64,000 nucleotides of DNA from an uncultured Gammaproteobacteria bacterium (GTDB lineage Bacteria; Patescibacteriota; Microgenomatia; Levybacterales; GWA1-39-11): NCBI GenBank assembly GCA_964531275.1, contig CAZHDZ010000006.1, forward strand, positions 14,963-78,962, given 5' to 3'. Positions 58,431-64,000 of the stretch are shown piece by piece. The translations under genes were made by a program, and so were the position numbers. How positions within the stretch are numbered: the first letter of the stretch is position 1; every line of letters begins with the position of its first letter. A model generated the notes under the pieces. It was not told the origin of the DNA. It searched no databases and saw only the letters and a program-made list of their open reading frames with translations.

Positions 58431-59821
58431 AAAATGGAATATTTAACAAACGCATACCTACCCTATTTTTACTCTTTGTCCTCTTAATAGTAATTGTAAT
58501 TTCCATTGCTCTCATTCAAAGTGGAATTTTCTACATAGGAAAAGCGTCTCAAGATGGCACGCCACGTAATTTTTTGATTGCTAACGTTACCGATTCTTCA
58601 TTTACGGCAGTTTTTACAACAACCGCACAATCTGAAGCAGTTGTAATCTTAGCCGATGCCCAAACAGGCAATGCTGTTACCCTAGATGATAGAGATAAAA
58701 AAAGTGGCATTAAGAACAAATACTATTCACATCATGTAACGGTTCATAATCTAAAACCGAATACAAAATACTCCTTCAAAGTACTCTCTCTGGGGAAAGA
58801 GTATACCAGCCCCAGTTATTCAGTAGCTACTGGGCCTGAGATTAGCACTGTACCCCCAGCCCAAAATCCTCTTTTTGGAAAAGTGTTAATCCCCGAGGGA
58901 TCAATTTCACCCGACACACTTATTACAGCCAGAACGTCCAGATCTTCGCTGATCACTGCGGTAACAGATAGTAAGGGAGAATTTATACTCCCAACAAATT
59001 CTCTAAGAACAACGGACCTAAAAACATATTTAGCGCTTGAAGATACTGATAAATTCTCTCTTGATCTTTTCCACCAAGATCTTAAGGCACATGTTTCGAC
59101 TACTTTTTTGTTGGCACAAAACCTGCCAACAGTAACACTTTCTCAAGAATATATTTTTTCAGAGAATAAAACCCAAACCGAAATTGAAGAGAATCAATTC
59201 AATTTTACTCAACAAGATAATAGCGGCAAAACCGTAGACATAACAGTGCCATTCGAAGGGGAATCTTTCACAGATCTTAGCCCGCAATTTGAAGGAACAG
59301 CATATCCAGGCAAAGAAGTATTAGTAACAATCTCTGGCCAAATTCCACAAAAAATAATAGCTGATCCAAATGGTTTATGGAAATACAAACCTTTGGGTGG
59401 GGCGGGCATGGGAAATCAAAAAATATCGATACTTGTTGTGGATAATGACGGCAACGAAATCGAGGAAAGCAGAAATTTTCTAATACTCCCCTCTGGATCT
59501 CAAATTACTGATAGTGCAACCCCATCAGCTACTCCCACCACGAAGCCTACTACAACCCCCACATCTCAACCTACTCCAACCCCTACACTCCCCCCAACAC
59601 CTACTCCAACTCCCATCCCAACGATGGTGCCGACTATTCAAGCAACTCCTACACCAACTCCAACAGTAGCACCTTCTCCAACCCCTCTTCCCACAATCGC
59701 AACTACTCCAACACCTGCTCCATCTATTGCACCGCCAGGAGAATTCCAAAATACCTTTATATTAACCGGTCTCTCTGCTATTCTCATAGTTGCTGGTGCA
59801 GTCCTCTTATTTGCCCTCTAA
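58427..59821 (+). CDS. Anchored extracytoplasmic protein with a purple-acid-phosphatase-N / fibronectin-III-like domain, Pro/Thr-rich linker and C-terminal hydrophobic anchor
   Basis: NFLIANVTDSSFTAVFTT...YSHHVTVHNLKPNTKYSFKV is an Fn3-like pattern. PT-rich stretch. C-terminal FILTGLSAILIVAGAVLLFAL. Confidence 0.55.
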   Translation: MKNGIFNKRIPTLFLLFVLLIVIVISIALIQSGIFYIGKASQDGTPRNFLIANVTDSSFTAVFTTTAQSEAVVILADAQTGNAVTLDDRDKKSGIKNKYYSHHVTVHNLKPNTKYSFKVLSLGKEYTSPSYSVATGPEISTVPPAQNPLFGKVLIPEGSISPDTLITARTSRSSLITAVTDSKGEFILPTNSLRTTDLKTYLALEDTDKFSLDLFHQDLKAHVSTTFLLAQNLPTVTLSQEYIFSENKTQTEIEENQFNFTQQDNSGKTVDITVPFEGESFTDLSPQFEGTAYPGKEVLVTISGQIPQKIIADPNGLWKYKPLGGAGMGNQKISILVVDNDGNEIEESRNFLILPSGSQITDSATPSATPTTKPTTTPTSQPTPTPTLPPTPTPTPIPTMVPTIQATPTPTPTVAPSPTPLPTIATTPTPAPSIAPPGEFQNTFILTGLSAILIVAGAVLLFAL

Positions 59822-59836
59822 CGTACCGCTATCTTC

Positions 59837-61588
59837 ATGCCGATTATTACATCTAAATTTTTAAAACACACTATCGCGCTTTTTATTTTTCTCAGTGCTT
59901 CCACCTATCTAACTTTCCCACTCATCTTTAACTTAAAGGATTATGTCCCTGGTACTGTTGATGAATTGTATATAACATGGATTCTCAACTGGGATATTCA
60001 TTCAATAGCAACAAATATTTTTACCCTCTTTCATGGCAATATTTATCATCCTTTCCCTTACGCAACTGCTTTTTCCGATCTACATTTAACATCTGCTTTT
60101 ATTGGAATACTTCCGGTACTCATCACTCAAGAGCCGCTCACTGCATACACAGTTAATTTATTTCTTTCTTTTGCCTTATTAGGATTTACCATGTACCTAC
60201 TTGTGCATTTTCTAACAGATGATTTTTGGGCATCCATGGTTTCCGGAGCAATCTTTGGATTTTCAACATACCTCCTACCAAAGCTCGGGCATCTACAAGT
60301 TCTTACAACGTACTGGATTGCACTTTCTCTACTTTGTTATTTCGCATATATAAAATTCGGAAAATTTAGATATTTTTTACTATGTATATTATTCTTCTAT
60401 CTTCAGTTCGTAAATAGTTTTCAACCTGCATACTTCTTAGTAGCATGCCTAATTACAATTTCTTTTTATGAGGTTCTTACAAAAAGAAAAAGCATTTCAT
60501 TCTTTATCAATAAAAGAACTGCTATCGTAATCTTTGCAACACTGTTACTATCAATTCCCATAATATATCCCTACTACTACACGTCTTTGACCCAAGGGTA
60601 TACACGCGACGTTCGAGAAGCAATTCACACTGCAAATAGACCAGAACATTTCTTTCTTAGTTATGGAAGATCTCATATTGGGCCAACTCTCTACACTCTC
60701 CTCTATAAATCTCCTGGGCCCTTCTTATATGATGGGTACCGAGGCTTAGTAAGCATAATCCTTACCTTTATAGTACTTTTTTATTCACTTTTTAAATGGA
60801 AAAAACAAAAGCCAAATTATTTCTCTTTATTTATAGGAATCGCAATTAGCATGTATGTAGTAAGTCTTGGACCAGCATTTCAACTTGGTGGAAAAGTTAT
60901 AAAAGAACCATTCTTGATCCCTCTTCCCTATGCATTACTCTACTACATAGCTCCCGGGTTTAAAGGCTTTAGAAATTCTGGGAGATGGGAAATGTTTGAA
61001 ATATTTGCCTTCTGCGTAGCAATTGGGATTTTCCTAGCTTTTATGCTTAAAAAGCACAGAATACTAAAAATATTCATCAGTAGTGTTCTTTGTATTCTTG
61101 TACTAGCAGAATTTACATTTCCAATAAAATATATGACGGTTCCATCAAGGGAAAATATTCCAGAAGTTTACAAATTTCTCGCAATGACAAAAGAAGACTC
61201 GATTATTGCAGAATTTCCAATCTACAATTGGAACATGTCCCCATACTCTTCCGACGAGAATATTAGATTGTATTTTTCAACCTACCACTTAAGAAAAACT
61301 ATTAACGGAGGAGGAGGTTTCTCGCCATTTCCATGGCAAAATATAGTTGAAAAACTCGCATCCAGTTTTCCAAGTGAAAGCTCAATAGTAGAGCTTAAAA
61401 AATTGGGAATAAATTACATAGTTGTGCATGAAAAAGAATTTGACAAACTGTTTTTAGATAAATACACGGTATTCGGCTATAGCATTCCAAATTCTAAAAT
61501 GGTAAAAACTATGTTACTGGAAAATAGATCTATTAGATTAATAGATACATTCGATAGAAATGATAGTGTATATGAAATCATCTACTAA
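59837..61588 (+). CDS. Polytopic membrane protein with large C-terminal soluble domain; probable GT-C-fold glycosyltransferase-like protein
   Basis: About 11 N-terminal TM helices followed by ~150 aa that are non-membrane. Family not recognised with confidence. Confidence 0.45.
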   Translation: MPIITSKFLKHTIALFIFLSASTYLTFPLIFNLKDYVPGTVDELYITWILNWDIHSIATNIFTLFHGNIYHPFPYATAFSDLHLTSAFIGILPVLITQEPLTAYTVNLFLSFALLGFTMYLLVHFLTDDFWASMVSGAIFGFSTYLLPKLGHLQVLTTYWIALSLLCYFAYIKFGKFRYFLLCILFFYLQFVNSFQPAYFLVACLITISFYEVLTKRKSISFFINKRTAIVIFATLLLSIPIIYPYYYTSLTQGYTRDVREAIHTANRPEHFFLSYGRSHIGPTLYTLLYKSPGPFLYDGYRGLVSIILTFIVLFYSLFKWKKQKPNYFSLFIGIAISMYVVSLGPAFQLGGKVIKEPFLIPLPYALLYYIAPGFKGFRNSGRWEMFEIFAFCVAIGIFLAFMLKKHRILKIFISSVLCILVLAEFTFPIKYMTVPSRENIPEVYKFLAMTKEDSIIAEFPIYNWNMSPYSSDENIRLYFSTYHLRKTINGGGGFSPFPWQNIVEKLASSFPSESSIVELKKLGINYIVVHEKEFDKLFLDKYTVFGYSIPNSKMVKTMLLENRSIRLIDTFDRNDSVYEIIY

Positions 61589-61594
61589 CTTATT

Positions 61595-62878
61595 ATGAAA
61601 ATCGGAATAATTGGCGCTGGATTTACTGGACTTGCATCTGCTTACTATTTACAGAAATTGGGTCATGAAGTGACACTATTTGAACGATCTAAAAACCCAG
61701 GTGGCCTTGCAATAGGCTATAAAGAAAAACCATGGAAGTGGACCTTGGAGGAACATTATCATCACTGGTTCACTAACGACAACAGTGTCCTTAACCTTGC
61801 TAAAGAAATTTCTCACCCAGTTATAATAAAAAGGCCAAAGACCTCTTCTTTTGTAAAGGACTCTATATACCAGTTGGACTCCCCTCTTTCTCTTCTTAAA
61901 TTTCCAGAGCTTTCTTTAATTGAAAGAATTAGAACGGGTGTCTCAATTGCATTCCTACGATTTAACCCTTTTTGGAAAATCTTTGAAAATTTTAATGCAG
62001 AACCTTATCTCATATCTACAATGGGAGATCATGCATATGGCAAAATTTGGAAACCACTTATGGTTAATAAATTAGGTAAATATTCTAAAAAGGTCTCTCT
62101 GGCATGGTTCTGGGCAAGAGTCTACAAAAGAACACCAAGTCTTGCTTACCCGGAAGGCGGCTTTCTGGAATTCTCAAAACACCTTGAGAAAGTTATAACA
62201 AAAAAAGGTGGCACCTTTCATTATGAATGCGACGTAACAAACATTTCATCTGTCAACCATCCAAAGGTAACAGTTGCAAGAAAAGATAAAAAAATAACGC
62301 TGGATTTTGACGCGATTTTAGTCACGACACCAATGTTTGCGTTTTCAAAAATGGCACCGTCACTTCCTCAGGAATATGTCAAAAAGTACTCAAAACTAAT
62401 AGGCATTGGTGCCGTAAATGTTGTCTTAAGACTAAAAAAACAATTTTTTAACGACGAAACATATTGGCTAAATATGTGTGATGAAAGATCTCCAATACTT
62501 GCTATCGTAGAGCATACAAATTTTATGCAGAAGAATAAATACAACAATGAACACTTGCTATATATAGGTAACTACATGGAAATTGATGACAAAAGATTTA
62601 CCATGAACAAAGAAGAGTTACTCAAGCTATATGACCCCTGGCTAAAGAAAATTAACCCGGATTATAAATCAGCAATAATAAGCTCGCAGATTTTTAAAGC
62701 ACCATTTGCACAACCAATAATTCCAAAGCACTATTCAAAAAAGATTCCACCTTTAGCAACCCCTTTAGCAAAGGTCTATCTTGCAAATATTCAGCAAGTT
62801 TATCCTTGGGATAGAGGAACCAATTATGCTGTTGAGCTGGGGAAAAAAGCAGCCGAAATCATTCATGAATCTTCATAA
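61595..62878 (+). CDS. FAD/NAD(P)-binding oxidoreductase (amine-oxidase/PPOX fold; some resemblance to UDP-galactopyranose mutase)
   Basis: MKIGIIGAGFTGLASAYYL...ERSKNPGG dinucleotide-binding motif. EHYHHWFTND resembles the Glf HIFHTND region. Confidence 0.6.
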   Translation: MKIGIIGAGFTGLASAYYLQKLGHEVTLFERSKNPGGLAIGYKEKPWKWTLEEHYHHWFTNDNSVLNLAKEISHPVIIKRPKTSSFVKDSIYQLDSPLSLLKFPELSLIERIRTGVSIAFLRFNPFWKIFENFNAEPYLISTMGDHAYGKIWKPLMVNKLGKYSKKVSLAWFWARVYKRTPSLAYPEGGFLEFSKHLEKVITKKGGTFHYECDVTNISSVNHPKVTVARKDKKITLDFDAILVTTPMFAFSKMAPSLPQEYVKKYSKLIGIGAVNVVLRLKKQFFNDETYWLNMCDERSPILAIVEHTNFMQKNKYNNEHLLYIGNYMEIDDKRFTMNKEELLKLYDPWLKKINPDYKSAIISSQIFKAPFAQPIIPKHYSKKIPPLATPLAKVYLANIQQVYPWDRGTNYAVELGKKAAEIIHESS

Positions 62879-64000
62879 TTTTTCTTCAAAATATATACTT
62901 CCCTATTTCGTATTCTATTTCCTAACCATTGGGCTTTTTTTGCGAACTTATGATTTATTTTGGGACACTCCCTATTTCTTTCATCCAGACGAAAGGAACG
63001 TAGCATCTCTTGTTACCGACAACATCACAAAGCCCAGCTATAAAATATTATATTCTGGAACATATTCTTACGGAAATTTTATCCCTCTATACACAACAGG
63101 AATACTTGCGCTTACAAAACCAGCACTTAATTACATTAACGACGATACCTTTGTTCAAGCTATCTTTCTTTTAAGAGTTAATACTATTATTTTTTCCCTA
63201 CTATTACTTTATCTCGTTTTCCTTGCGGGAAGCCTGTTCTCAAAGGCAATAGGAAGACTTGCTCTTGTACTGGCGACTTTCAATATAGGCCTGATACAGC
63301 ATTCTCATTTCGGAACAGTTGATATTTTTGCTACATTCTGGATCTTCTTAACTTTTTATTTACTTGCATTACTAGTGCTTCGACTGAAGCATTCATATCT
63401 ATATCTTTCAATCTTTTCTCTTGCAATAGCATGCTCTGCAAAATTAAATAGTGGTATTTTTATCGTCATTTTTGGGATTGCTTTTCTTTATTACATGAAA
63501 CAAAGAAAAGAGAAAAAATCATATGTTGTGGCCTCAGCATTGCTTGGGCTATCTCTCCTTATGACGACCACATTGATTCTTTCGCCTTACTACGCGACTG
63601 TGGATTTTGCCAACTTATTTAAATACGAAAGAGAAATGGTAACTGGTGTTTTTCCGGTTTTTTATTCTGGCTCATTCATTGGAACAGTACCTGTTATTTT
63701 TCAATTTACCTCAATCTATCCCTTTATGTTAAATGTTGCAGTTGCCGCCCTGCTACCCATAGCCCTAGCATATACATGCTTTGTAGCGTTTAAGAAGAAA
63801 AGCAAGATACTCTCTCTAACTCTGCTTGGATTTCTAGTTCTTTTCATACCATCATCATTTCTGTATGCCAAGTGGAGCAGATATTTACTACCAACAATTC
63901 CTTTCGTAATTATTCTTGTGTCATATTTTATAATCAAAATTTCTAATAAGAGTCGTATGCTTAAAATAAGTGTAGCTTCGATTTCTCTTTTGTTTGCGTG
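62865..64000 (+). CDS. GT-C-fold glycosyltransferase family 39 (PMT_2/ArnT-like) membrane protein, 3'-partial at the window end
   Basis: Own translation from ATG 62865: MNLHNFSSKYILPYFVFYFLTIGLFLRTYDLFWDTPYFFHPDERN... (DE motif). Polytopic, open to the end of the window. Confidence 0.6.
   Translation, partial: MNLHNFSSKYILPYFVFYFLTIGLFLRTYDLFWDTPYFFHPDERNVASLVTDNITKPSYKILYSGTYSYGNFIPLYTTGILALTKPALNYINDDTFVQAIFLLRVNTIIFSLLLLYLVFLAGSLFSKAIGRLALVLATFNIGLIQHSHFGTVDIFATFWIFLTFYLLALLVLRLKHSYLYLSIFSLAIACSAKLNSGIFIVIFGIAFLYYMKQRKEKKSYVVASALLGLSLLMTTTLILSPYYATVDFANLFKYEREMVTGVFPVFYSGSFIGTVPVIFQFTSIYPFMLNVAVAALLPIALAYTCFVAFKKKSKILSLTLLGFLVLFIPSSFLYAKWSRYLLPTIPFVIILVSYFIIKISNKSRMLKISVASISLLFA

Overview
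The window is a low-GC bacterial chromosome segment, compact, with many overlapping genes. Its gene content has a Patescibacteria/CPR-like flavour (many small secreted or membrane-anchored hypotheticals, type IV pilus genes, few metabolic genes), but I cannot confirm the taxon from sequence alone.

Content in order:
1. 1-1190: a disrupted RHS polymorphic-toxin C-terminal tip. The RHS core motifs YFHSDHLGS and DPSGH are followed, after a frame switch, by a toxin-like domain with GDWDYK and YGNWHYG motifs.
2. 1203-2268: two small candidate immunity genes.
3. 2340-4534: a cluster of surface and membrane proteins (Gmad2 Ig-like, secreted Ala-rich protein, Pro/Thr-rich membrane protein, DUF360 membrane protein).
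4. 4565-5563: a D-2-hydroxyacid dehydrogenase.
5. 5623-8341: a membrane-anchored Hsp100/Clp-like ATPase whose first AAA module appears degenerate, overlapping a 4-TM partner gene.
6. 8415-19418: a type IV pilus locus (pilB, pilC, four prepilin-like genes including a 978-aa giant pilin, PilX-like gene, major pilin). It is bracketed by a standalone HPt protein, two CheY-like receivers and a cytoplasmic GAF histidine kinase, which looks like a multistep phosphorelay.
7. 20681-24421: a carbamoyltransferase / DMT transporter / ODC-fold decarboxylase trio.
8. 24434-38910: a long minus-strand heat-shock-associated gene string, hrcA-grpE-dnaK ... ClpC-like ... dnaJ-like. Between dnaK and the dnaJ-like gene sit seven co-directional, tightly packed genes: a 160-aa membrane protein, a 699-aa secreted protein, a VirB2/TrbC-like 2-TM miniprotein, a VirB6/TrbL-like polytopic protein, the ClpC-like ATPase (its ClpP-loop position replaced by a low-complexity insert), a free-standing subtilisin-prodomain-like protein, and an S8 subtilase. 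CIRCE-like inverted repeats lie upstream of hrcA, hsp20 and the dnaJ-like gene.
9. 39407-42842: metG, a LOG-family gene, hsp20 and a PEGA/SH3b protein.
10. 42846-49577: a lipid-linked glycan operon (UbiA-type DPPR-synthase-like, WecA-like GT4, GT-C/GT39-like, processive QxxRW GT2, TatD).
11. 49610-56816: groESL, a PKD surface protein, lepA, murJ and rpsT.
12. 56922-58116: PilN-like and PilO-like genes separated from the main pilus locus.
13. 58119-64000: more surface proteins, two further GT-C-like membrane proteins and a Glf/PPOX-like FAD oxidoreductase.

I found no rRNA, tRNA or CRISPR. The candidate of greatest interest is the VirB2-like / VirB6-like / Clp-unfoldase / subtilase module embedded in the heat-shock locus (25359-35729).
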